This document shows positions 25,690 through 37,676 of a stretch of 64,000 nt of DNA, piece by piece. The DNA comes from Yuukianura sp. NJ FZ-2021 (lineage: Eukaryota). Below the pieces are notes generated by a model, which saw nothing but the letters and a program-made list of their open reading frames with translations, ran no database searches and was not told where the DNA came from. The stretch covers positions 6,262,001-6,326,000 of the forward strand of contig CM102289.1 of the NCBI GenBank assembly GCA_046563655.1, given 5' to 3'. Made by a program: the position numbers and the translations under genes. How positions within the stretch are numbered: position 1 is the first letter of the stretch; each line of letters begins with the position of its first letter.

Positions 25690-27738
25690 ATGTGGAACAA
25701 AAAATTGTTAGTGTTAATGTCCATCCTCTTGAGCGTTTTGCTGTCAATTCCTGACCATGCACAAAGTGCCAAAATCGTTAGTGTTAGTTTCTTTTCAGGT
25801 AAAAGTCACAAAATTACGTACGAGCGTCTCCTGGAAGAACTGGGAGCTAGAGGTCACAATGTCACAGTGCTTTCTCCAGTTCCTTCTAATAAACAAGTCA
25901 AAAATGTTAAACAAATTTTGACTTTGGACATGGAGAAAATGTTCCAGGAAAATCCAGGCACTTATCCCAATATGTTTGAAATGAAAGAACAAGGACAGCA
26001 CTTGAATCCGTTCATACTGTTGAACATGTTCGATCAACTTTGCAGCACAACCTATGACCTCCCACATGTCCAGGAAATTCTCAAAGAAAAGTTTGATCTA
26101 GTCATTGTCCCAGCTCTGTTTAATGAATGTGCGGCAGGATTTGTGTACAAATTGAACACTTCTATCATGCTGATCAGTCCGCTAAGCGCAAGTTCATGGA
26201 TGACAAGGTTCACTGGCGGGTCAAGTCCGCCATCGTTTGTACCCAACATTTTCACCCCTTGTACTCACGAAATGACATTTTATGAACGAACGATCAACTT
26301 CCTCACAGAGGTCTTCACGACACTCACCTACGATTACTACTACACTCCGTATATTTCAGAACTCTACCGAAACAAGCTCAATGACCCCAGCATTCCAAGT
26401 AGCTTCGATGTTCTCAAAAACTCAAGTCTTTTGCTATCCAATGGCCATTTTGCACTTGATTCACCAAAGCCTTATCTTCCAGACATTATAGAAGTTGCCG
26501 GCATGCACTGTGTTCCGGCACAAAAGTTACCTGAGGTAAGTTAGAAATTTTACAAATGCTTTTTCTTTTCTTTTTTGAAATTTTACTTTCAAAAATTTCC
26601 TTACTTTTTGAAATGTAAATCAAGATAACAAACCGGCTTTTAAAAAAAATCAAAGTTAACATCAAATTGAAAAACTTCTTTATGACTGTTTCCAGGATCT
26701 TGAGAAGTTTATTAATGGAACTGGTGAACATGGTTTCATTTACTTTAGCATGGGTACAGCTATTCGAGGGTCAACACTGCCAGAGAAAAAGCGAAAAATG
26801 TTTTTGGCGGCATTTTCAAAAATGAAACAACGAGTTTTGTGGAAGTGGGAAACGGAGACAATGGACGATTTACCGCCGAATGTAAAACTGAGCAAGTGGT
26901 TACCGCAACAAGATCTTTTGGGCCATCCCAAACTACGGTAGACTTCGAACTTTAATTGTTATTTGAATTCAATTTTTGATTTATATATTTTAATTTTTTT
27001 TATAGTGTGTTTATTACACATGGTGGATTTGGGAGTACCACAGAATCTGTTTACCACGGGAGTCCGCTCATTGGAATCCCAATTTTCGCAGACCAAAACC
27101 TCAATATGCAACGAGCGCAAGACAAAGGCTTTGCATATGTGCTTGATTTTAATACACTTACAGAAGAGAAAATTGTTTTGGCTCTCAACACTGTCATCGG
27201 CGACCCCAAGTAAGATTTAACATTAAACAAATGAGTTCAGCCTGGATTAGAACTATGGTTACTTTTGTTTCTCAAAAAGATTTTGAAATATTTTTAGGTA
27301 CAGAGAGAATGCGCATGCTCTGTCGAAAATTTTCCGTGATCAACCTCAAGCAGCTTTAGATCGAGCTGTATTCTGGACGGAGTATGTTATACGTCATAAA
27401 GGTAACAGAAAGTAGAAAGTTAATACATATTGAGTTTTGTTTGAAGATGTTTTGTTGTTCCGTATTTTTGGTTTTTATTGAGTTTATTCTATTGATTGAA
27501 CATTCTTCACTGATTTCATTATTGCTTTTTTTAATTGTTAGGTGCAACCCACCTTCGGTCCGCTGCAAGGGATTTGAACTTTTTGCAGTACTATTCTCTG
27601 GACGTTATTGGTTTCTTGCTTGCAATTGTATTCACCGCCCTCTACATAGTTACCAAACTTATTTGCGTCATTTGGACCAAGTTATGTGGCAGAAGAAAAC
27701 AAAGTCCAAGTACAACCAAATCCAAAAAGAAGAATTAA
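25690..27738 (+). CDS. UDP-glycosyltransferase, copy 2
   Basis: Same 5-exon structure, UGT signature and KSKKKN* tail as copy 1. Confidence 0.95.
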
Positions 27739-28502
27739 CACCTAAACAAGAATAAAAACAAAACTAACCCATTGCAATTTTAATTTGAGTAAAACAACCT
27801 ATTCTTAAAATTCAGTGTAACTTGTGGAATTCCGTAATTTCAAAGTATGTTTTAAATAAATATTGGTTTGAACAAAACTTAAAACGGTTACCACAAATAA
27901 TCGAACTAAAAAGTATATTTTATTTTTATACTTTGTCTACTCAATTTCATAATTTTTTTTATACTTGCAACGTATTTGGTTATATTATTTTTTTCTCAAT
28001 TTTGCAATACAGGTTAACCTGAAAACATAAAGAAGTTGTTCGTCGGTTACTTTTCATTGAACGCGCAATTAATAATAAAAGTTATTGGCAAATACAATTC
28101 GATGTTTTTACTTACAAATTTTACTGTGATTTTATTATAATGTAGATTGCATGGAAAATCGATAAGCGTCAAGATTAACACCAAATTAGTCAATAAAATT
28201 GCAAGGACTATTTTGTCAAGATAGCGTTGTGAAATGATATAGTAAATACTCTACTCAAGAGTTGTCTAGCGTGTTGAGCTCGAAAACTAGCGTGACCATT
28301 TTTGCACTTGTGACAAAAACACTTCAAATTTTTTATTGACCTTGCGAACCAGTTACACTAAACGACTAAAGGTCACTTACGATAGAGATATCATTGTGTG
28401 CAGGACCTACAAAAAATGAAGACAGTGTCCTCTTCTACTTCAGTCCAGTTTTGCAATTTGAAATTCAGTTGATCTTTGGCGCTTTACCGTTAAGTGTCCA
28501 AA

Positions 28503-30523
28503 ATGTGGAACAAAAAATTGTTAGTGTTAACGTCCATCCTGTTGAGCGTTTTGCTGTCAATTCCTGACAATGCACAAAGTGCCAACATCCTATGTGTAAG
28601 CTTTTTTTCAAGTAAAAGTCACAAAATTACGTACGAGCGTCTCCTGCAGGAACTGGGTGCTAGAGGTCACAATGTCACAGTGCTTTCTCCAATACCTTCT
28701 AACAAACAGGTCAAAAATGTTAAACAAATTTTGACTTTGGACATGGAGAAAATGTTCCACGAGAATCCAGACACAATGCCCAATATGTTTGAAATGAAAG
28801 AACAAGGACAGAACATGAATCCGTCCATACTGTTGAACATGTTCGATCAAATTTGCGGAGCAACCTATGACCTGCCACATGTCCAGGAAATTTTAAAAGA
28901 AAAGTTTGACCTAGTCATTGTTCCTGCTCTGTTTAATGAATGTACGGCTGGATTTATCCACAAATTGAACACTTCTATTGTGATGATTAGTCCGGCAAGC
29001 GCAAGTTCGTGGATGGCAAGGTTCACTGGCGGGTCAAGTCCACCGTCTTTTGTACCCAACATTTTTACACCATGTACTCATGAAATGACATTTTACCAAC
29101 GAACGTTCAACTTTGTCACTGAGGTCCTCACGACACTGGTCTACGATTACTACTACACTCCGTATATTTCAGAACTTTACCGAAACAAGCTCAATGACCC
29201 CAGCATTCCAAGTAGTTTCGATGTTCTGAAAAACTCAAGTCTTTTGCTATCCAATGGACATTTTGCACTTGGTTCACCAAAGCCTTATCTTCCAGACATT
29301 ATAGAAGTAGCCGGCATGCACTGTGTTCCGGCACAAAAGTTACCTGAGGTATGTTCGAAAAAAAATCTTAAAAACTTACTCTTTGAAATTCTATTTTCTT
29401 ATTTGAATTTCTAAAAAAATTCAAAATTATACCAAATTCAAAATCTTCTTATGATTGCAGGATCTTGAGAAGTTTATTAATGGAACTGGTGAACATGGTT
29501 TCATTTACTTTAGCATGGGCTCTGCTATTCGAGGATCAACACTGCCAGAGAAAAAGCGAAAAATGTTTTTGGCGGCATTTTCAAAAATGAAACAACGAGT
29601 TTTGTGGAAGTGGGAAACGGAAACAATGGACGACTTACCGCCAAATGTAAAACTGAGCAAGTGGTTGCCACAACAGGATCTTTTGGGGCATCCCAAACTA
29701 CGGTAGAGTTCGAATTTTAATTGTTATTTAAATTAAATTTTTGATTTATATATTTTAATTTTTTTATAGTGTGTTTATTACACATGGTGGATTTGGAAGT
29801 ACCACAGAATCAGTTTACCATGGAGCTCCGCTCATTGGTATCCCAATGTTCGCAGACCAAGACCTCAATATGCAACGGGCGCAAGACAAAGGCTTTGCAT
29901 ATGTGCTTGATTTTAATACACTTACAGAAGAAAAACTTGTTTTGGCTCTCAATACTGTCATCGGCGACCCCAAGTAAGATTTAACATATTAAACAAATGA
30001 GTTCAGCCTAGATTACAAATAAATCTATAGTACTTTTGTTTCTCAAAAAGATTTTGAAATATTTTTAGGTACAGAGAGAATGTGCGTGCTCTGTCTAAAA
30101 TTTTCCGTGATCAACCTGAGGCAGCTCTAGATCGAGCTGTGTTCTGGACTGAATATGTTATACGTCACAAAGGTAAATGTAAAATACAAATCTGTGCGCA
30201 TTTCGAGTTGTGTTTTTTTTTTTACAAAATGATGTTTCATCTATCGGTATTTTTCGCTTCTAATTAGTTTATTACCTTGGTTTTAACTCTACATAGACTT
30301 AATTATTGTTTTTTTTTAATTATTAGGTGCAACCCACCTTCGGTCCGCTGCAAGGGATTTGAACTTCGCACAGTACTACTCCTTAGATGTTATTGGTTTC
30401 TTACTTGCAATATTATTTACCACGCTCTACATAATTTCTAAAATACTTTGCTTCATTTGTGCCAAATTGTGTGGAAGGAAAAACCAAACCCCACATGCTA
30501 CAAAATCCAAGAAGAAAAATTAA
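28503..30523 (+). CDS. UDP-glycosyltransferase, copy 3
   Basis: ATG at 28503; same exon structure, signature and KSKKKN* tail. Confidence 0.95.
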
Positions 30524-30718
30524 CACCTCATGGTAAAAAAACAAATAAAATAATTTTTGTTTAAATCTTAAACACGAAACTTCTGATTTCTAAATTTTAG
30601 TATTTACGTGGCCTGACTTTGAACGTTGTGACTAACGATATACTATTTAAAAAATAAATCATTGGGTTGTGTTTTCATCAATCGTGTTTTTTTAGAGTTT
30701 TAGGAACTGAATTCAAGA

Positions 30719-32042
30719 TTATAGTGCTACAATAAACCGAAGTGAGAAGTAAATGAGGAACCCAACAGATGCGATAGTTGTTGATTTAGAAAAATAGAAA
30801 AAGCTTCCAACTTTCACTTTCAAAGGAGTGCATGAACGCAACTGCGCCCTCTCATACGGAGTTTTGCTTTGTCCTAAGTTTGACCTTTGAAAGGTCTTTG
30901 ACCTGATGTAAATATTTGCCGCTTTTGGAAAAATCAAAAATACTCCGCTGTAGGTTACGAGTGGGCAGGCAATAAATACAGGAATGTAAAGGCCATGAAT
31001 GGAGTCGTGAAAACGTATAGCCATGACGCTACACAAAATTGCGAAAGTATAAATGCTACATAGCATCAACGGAACAATTTTTCTGCCTAACTTTGAGTTG
31101 AATTCGTTTGTAACGATTTGAAGGCTTCGGTATGTGTCGAAGTAGTTTTCTTTTTCGGATGCATCTTCCGTGGTTAATGGAGATGTTTCGGTGTTCCTAA
31201 AAATTTTTTCAGCAAATTTGAATCATGTTTTCTATAAACTTGTAATTCGTAAGTAGCAATTAATGTTATCTTTGTACTTACGTTATTAGCCTGAGCCAAT
31301 CTGTTACGACACTTACAAAAACGCAAATAGTTGTTCCGTACATGTACAGCGGAGTTGCAACAAATAGAACAGTGATAGTATCATATATCCATAGCATAAC
31401 GAATTCCGTGATACCAAATCGAAAGTTAGGGTACACGGAGACTACGACTGAAAAGAAATAGCGCGAAGATTCGCGCGTCAGTGTACAGACAAGTCCAGTA
31501 ATGAAAACTACTGGGTAAAGGGACATCACGACGACTTTTGCCAAGGTTTTTGCATTTCTTCCTTGTTTTCGATTTACTTCAGCCAATAATAGCTTTTCTA
31601 GAAAAGCAAATCGAGTGGACACAAAAATTTAATTTGAACACCTCTCAACAGTCTTTATACTCTTACCTGATTTTCAAAAAAACTTACTGCGCAATTGGAG
31701 TTCCAGATCCAGAAGCATATTGAGTAAGTCTGGCAATTCTTTTTCACAAAATACCAAATTGAGTAACATCAAGAACAGCAAGAAATACCCCGTCAACCAC
31801 AAAATATCCAGCAAAATTTGTGCCACGTCCGCTTTGTACACCGATACAGTCCAGAATCGAAAAATTTGGAAAGCCGTGGCAAGAAACAAATTCAAAGCAG
31901 CGATGTACAACAACCAGATTGACTTTGACCTCGGCGCCTCAAAGCCATTTTGAGTAAAGCTTAGAATTGGCGAAAATTGGGGAAAGTACTTGAGGAGTAA
32001 AAAAGTGTGATGGATATCTTTGGTGTTAACGACTTTTACCAT
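30719..32042 (-). CDS. Divergent gustatory-receptor-like multi-TM chemoreceptor (3 exons)
   Basis: Hydrophobic helices; C-terminus RAQLRSCTPLKVKVGSFFYFSKSTTIASVGFLIYFSLRFIVAL* is typical of GR/OR-like TM7 regions. Confidence 0.65.
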
Positions 32043-32977
32043 CTTTGAAACACTGAAAGAATTTGAACCTCAAGAACACTTTTTTGTTTTTGATTTTGCT
32101 CACTTGAATAATAGTCTGAAGTTTTTGAAAAACAACCACTAATAATACGTTGGACGGGGCTGCACACGAAAACCCCAGAGACCTTGACTTTGTTGTTTCA
32201 AAACCTTTGAGGGTGTGGTCGAAAGTAGAAAAAACTGGAGACAGCATTCAAAAAACAAAAATATATGCATGTATTTGGTGTTACGTACTTTCACTATTGT
32301 CAGAAACTGTTTTCTAATATGTTTGTTTAGAAAAAAACTTCAGAAAAAATAGACAAAGACAGGTATCTTTCTACACGAGCCTTGTGCGTAATTTAAAGTG
32401 TTACCTTACCAGTTTTTGCATTGTAAGGCAGCAATTAAAGCATCAAGTATAATTCCACATCCCCACTTTTCAAATTCTGCAGTATAGATTTATTGCCTTT
32501 TATATACTTATTTTCCGCGTTATGGCAAAGTTTTCGGAGCTTTTCGGAGGAATTGAGTTGATAATTGGAAAACAAAATTATAATAATGTAATGTACCATG
32601 TAATTTCCAATCACTAGAGCTGAAATTAGGAAAGTTTTGTAATAGTACGGTTACTTCCACTTTAACTATTTAGGCCTAGAGTTTTTTTTTTTACAAGACA
32701 GTTTTGCCAAATAATATTTTCTGGAAATTTGAACATGCTTGATCCAATCTACAAGGTCAGATAATATCTGATCCAGTCCATATAAAATTCCTTCGCTAAA
32801 GTTTTCCTTGACAAACATTATATGTACATCACGTCGTAGTATTATGATGACTCTTCGTTCCACGCAAACGTCTTTGTGAAGCTAAATTTACGCCTAGGTA
32901 CGATATGTATGTGACGATTTCTAAACAAAACTCTGCCAAAAGTCCGAAATTGCATGAAGTCTAAATTGTTTGAACGT

Positions 32978-33329
32978 GGGGCGAGTTGGCTCAGTGGTTA
33001 AGCCGTCAATGCTTTTCCACTGGCCGACGTGAGTTCGCAACCAGCCCCTGGGGAAGGAAAAAAGAAGTCGAGGCCGTGGGTTCTCCCTGTCCCGAAGCAG
33101 GGAGACAAGTGCTGGACTTCTCTCCTTTCCTGGGGCTGCTCTGTGGACACCCCAAGATAAAGGAGTGTGTGTTGGGGCGACCGCTTCTGCAAGAACTGCC
33201 TGCTGTGTTACAGTACCAAGCTGGCCTTGAGTCAGAGGTCTGTAATCCTTTGGAGCAGCAGGTAAGAGCTTCGCAGTCTGTGGTGGTTACAAATTACTAC
33301 TCCTTGAACCAGTCCATAGACAAAAAAAA
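32978..33329 (+). mobile_element. tRNA-derived SINE-like element or Pol III ncRNA
   Basis: GC-rich island. A-box TGGCTCAGTGG (32987-32997), B-box-like GAGTTCGCAACC (33031-33042), GGGGC..GCCCC acceptor-like pairing, hairpin-rich body and a short A tail. Confidence 0.6.
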
Positions 33330-34797
33330 TACTCATTCAATCTGATTTGTTTATCAGAATACGGACGACCTCCGTATAATGATAGCAATTGGATTACCAT
33401 AATGAGTGTTTGGTCACAAAGGACAAAAAATAACGCTGTTTCTAAAGGGGTTGATGTTGAAATATTCCGTATAAGTGAATGCTCAGCGTGAGTCAGTCAC
33501 CTAAATATAGGTGACTGCTCCCCCCAATAAACATATATAAATTGTTTGAAACAGGTGTGTTGATTGGCGCACTTGAAAATGTAAATTGAGTGCTAAACTT
33601 TGTTAAAAGTTGCATAACTACATCTTAATTGTTTGGGCACTGCATAATTACAGTTTTGCAGTTAGTTCATGTGATTTTTTTAAACGAATAACTGAATACA
33701 CATTTACCACAATTGGTTTTTGAAGCACCAGTCACACCTTCGAATCAATAAACTCTGACATGGATTTTGAAGTTCTGGGTTTACTTGGACTTGGGTTTTC
33801 TCATATAGGAAGCCACGGTGTCCACGGACTGATTCCATCGTCTATTTTTATTACTGGAAGTGTCTCTTGGCGACTTGCTCTGACGCCCTTTGAATTTGCG
33901 TTTCTTCTCATATTTATACTGAACGTAAGGTCAAGGCTCATTACTAGTGCTAACGTATTTTAAATCCAGTTTGAATTCGATTTTGAAATTCTCTAGATTT
34001 TGATTTTGCGAATACTGCAAATACTTCCAATACACTTAAACGGCCTGTTCAAAGGAGATCCAAGTGGACGACGGAAGAGAGGAGTCAACACAAATTTCTG
34101 TCAGGATGATGCTGTGCTTCACTTGACATTTAACGTACACTACTATTGAAATTAAAAAAAAAGTAATTATAATTGAAAAAAATCATTATCAAAAATAATT
34201 TAACTGATGCAAAAATTTCAGCTAATTCAAAAACTTGACGCTGACGACTGCACAGGATACATACTGTGTGAACTACGTTCAATGAATCAGTCAAAAATTG
34301 GCAATAATATCACCGGAGAAGCCGGATTAGTTGAGATATTCAACAAGGAAACGTTTGTCAATACATTTTTTTGGTTCAACAAAATTTTACTTGTACGTTA
34401 TAATAATTCATATTTGAAAATATTTTTTTACCATTTCGGCAGATGGACCCAGTTGGCGTATTTATTTGAACAAGGTTTTTGCAATTTGGAAAACGAATTC
34501 GCCACCAACCAAACTTCGGCGTTTGAAGTTTTTAAAAGCGTAATTATAAGTTCAAATTTATCATGCGTACGACCCATTGGATGTGATACCACTTGGAAAG
34601 ATATCCTGTACTTGTTACAAACATGATAGGTTACGCTAATCTAAATTTTACACAAAATGTTTAAAACTGTAAGAATTAAAATGGAAAAAGTATTTCATTA
34701 GTCCACGAGTTATTTTTATTACTCAAAATCCAAGCCAAATTAAAAATTTGAAACAGACACCAAATCAATTACGTTTTTTCTTCTGAATATGCAATGT

Positions 34798-36938
34798 TCA
34801 CTCCTCGAAGGTCCAGAATTGACGAGGGTTTGATGCGTCCTTGTTAACGACGCGAGCCTTCTTGTTCTCACTGTGAATTTAAGTAAATCTCAATTTAAAT
34901 TTTATTAACTTAACAGTAATTAAGTTTTAAAATTGCATCCAATCAAGAGCTTTTACTCATCAAATTGCAGAACTCTTCCATCACTTTGACTCTTAATATA
35001 GAACAGAAATGCATTTGGTTTGATGGGTTCCAAACTCCACAATTGGTTGGATGACGCTCTTGAGGCCTTTAAAGAAAAATTTTAACGTTGAAATTGATTT
35101 TTACGCTCGTTTTTCTAGAAAATGATTACATAAACACAAGTCTCTCCAAGTGCCGTTTGTGAGGCGTCTAGCACATAGGTGGTGCCTGGGGTAGGTTGGT
35201 TGTCAACTGCAAACTCGTATACACCAGCAGCTTCCAAACAAAGCACAATGATATACGGAAATTTTGTTATGTGAGCGACATTAACGAGGGATGCTTTTCC
35301 ACGTGATCTCGAAATTTGGAATTCTAGAGTTATAGTCGAGTTCCTGATGTAAGCACAAACATTTCGGTGGTAGTTTTAGTTGCGAACGCCAAAAAAAAAA
35401 AAAATTCTACCTCAGTATTTGAACCCGCGTCCCCCGCCTCAAAGGACAAAAACCGCCCAGGCGCTTTCTCACTCGCCGCGCAAGAGAAACTATGGACACC
35501 TGGACTGAAAATTCCCCTTTTTTGTCGTCGACACAATAACGACTTTTTCACGGGTGAAAATTAATTTAAAATTTTTCATTTTCTCCTTCACTCTCACTCG
35601 AAACGACCCTGCTTTCTTCATGAGATCCTCTGAATTTGAAACTTCATGACGGCTTAGGAGAAGGTTTATTCGACGACTTTTAATTCGATGTTTTGATTTA
35701 AAATTGTCAGCCCAACTTCTACTTGCTCTAAAAAATTTTTGCTTGAATTTCGGTTGCCTTTTGAATTCCCCATTGTTGCAGATTTTTTGGCCGGAGGATT
35801 TTGCCTGAGTCACGTGAAGCCACAAAATTTTGAAGCACAAACTTTTTAATTTGGCGTAGCTTTTCTCTTCTTGTTGCTCCTTCCAAAACTTGATTTCTCC
35901 AAAAGGGTAGACGAGATTTGCATGGAATTGAAGCACATCCTTTACGTTTTAGTGTACCTAGGTAGGCTGTAGTAGGATGTAAGTCAACAAAATCCAGCAT
36001 TCTTTTCTTTTCGTGTAAAGGGATTTCGTTGGCACCAATATTTTCATTGTCAGATTCAAAATTTTCATCCATTTTTTCAAAAAAATGTTTAAAAACAAAG
36101 TTGTGGAACGTTTTTGAAATGACTATTGAGAGAAACTTTTGACTTTCCCTTTGTCTTGAGGTATCAAGTCCTCTTCTTCTCCAAAAACAATGTCATCAAG
36201 GAGCTGGAGGAAAGTTGAGTACAACTTGTCAGCAAAAGCGTCTGTACTTTCTCACATAGTGTTTAAATTATACTCCCCGAACTCATACTCAACAATTTTG
36301 ACGAACTTTTTCGCAATTTCGATTGGATTTACGTCCATTTTTTGAAAAAAAAATGGAGTTTTTAAAATTAATGTTCGATGTGAAAAAGTCGTTTTTGTGT
36401 CGACGACAAAAAGGGGAATTTTCAGTCCAGATGTCCATAGTTTCTCTTACGCGGCGAGTGAGAAAGCGTCTGGGCGGTTTTTGTCCTTTGAGGCGGGGGA
36501 CGCGGGTTCAAATACTGAGGTAGAATTTTTTTTTTTTTGGCATTCGCAACTAAAACTACCACCAAAATGTTTGTGCTTACATCAGGAACTCGACTATAAC
36601 TCTAGAATTCCAAATTTCGAGATCACGTGGAAAAGCATCCCTCGTAAGTATTCTTAATTAAACAAGTTATTTATAGTTTTATGGCGTTTACCATGTTGTT
36701 TGCATTGCCACACTTGGTTGGCCAATCCCTTCCAGGGAGTTGTCAATACTGCAGCGCCATTGCTTGATCCAGCCACAACATGCAGAAACTATATGAACCC
36801 AACAAAAGCGACAATCAAGCTGAAATTTGTACTGTATGACATATAATTTCTACTTTCCATTTAGAAATCATATCAACTTACGTTTTGGGTTAGAGTGTTG
36901 ACAATTTTGTACTTTTTACCGACGATTGGGTTGGCCAT
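34798..36938 (-). CDS. Ricin-B (R-type, beta-trefoil) lectin-like protein, 145 aa, 5 exons, no signal peptide
   Basis: Exons 36938-36882, 36788-36692, 35230-35130, 35066-34957, 34870-34798 sum to 438 nt in frame. Three QxW motifs (NQVW, NQLW, RQFW). Exon-for-exon paralog of 37677-39491. Confidence 0.85.
35285..36644 (-). mobile_element. Non-autonomous pogo/Tc1-mariner-superfamily DNA transposon with ~265-bp TIRs
   Basis: Near-perfect inverted repeats at ~35285-35550 and ~36379-36644 starting CGAGGGATGC, TA on the right flank. Internal frameshifted fragment FFRASRSWADNFKSKHRIKSRRI resembles the CENP-B/Tc5 HTH; no DDE domain seen. Confidence 0.88.
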
Positions 36939-37676
36939 TTTGGAATTTAGTGTATACAGTTGGCGTTCAACAGTCTACCTCGCACAAGCTGAAATGAGAA
37001 ATTATATGCAAGTTTGAAATAGAAAGGGTCTTGTAGAGCAAATTATTAATTAAACTGGATATTGCTAACCAAATTTTAGTTGATATTTTATTCAAACCAT
37101 TTAGGTTGTATGTGGTAACCGCAATTAACTAAATCAGTAATGACGATTGCCATGCGTGGCAAACACTTCCGGGTATAGAGTGAAAGATGTTTAACCGTAA
37201 GGTTTTAAGATTTTTCTGTCTCGACGACATTCCAATTATTGTTACCGCCAAATTGTTGATTTTCCCATCTGGTATCCCACACATGAAGGACATACCACCA
37301 GAATTCAAGATAGTTAAGTTGCCACATGCTACGTACATGATGTGTTACGGTATGCTATGTTGCTTAATGTCACGGTAACGCTGTGTTTCTAAACTTTACG
37401 GTACATAAGGTAAAGTTTTTTTTGCAATGTAACGGTATATTACGTACGATATGCTATGTAACATGCTTCCGAATGTGACGGTATGTTACGTTTACGTGCT
37501 GTATGTACTATCATGTATTAATTTTTCACCCAAGCTCAGATGAGACGTTGCTCACTCTGCTTTAATTCTTTGCAGCAAATTTAATAACCAAATTTTGATC
37601 AAGTTATTACAATTTTTGTGATTGTAGAATTTCAGGATTTGTATTATATAAATTTTGGATGTTAATCAGATAAAAG

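Noticed and set aside
32978..33050. Functional tRNA gene
   Set aside because: The anticodon and T arms do not pair canonically and there is no immediate T-run terminator; treated as a SINE-like head.
37330..37520. Degenerate ACGGTATGTT-like low-complexity repeat
   Set aside because: The period is too irregular to define a unit by eye, and there is no functional clue.
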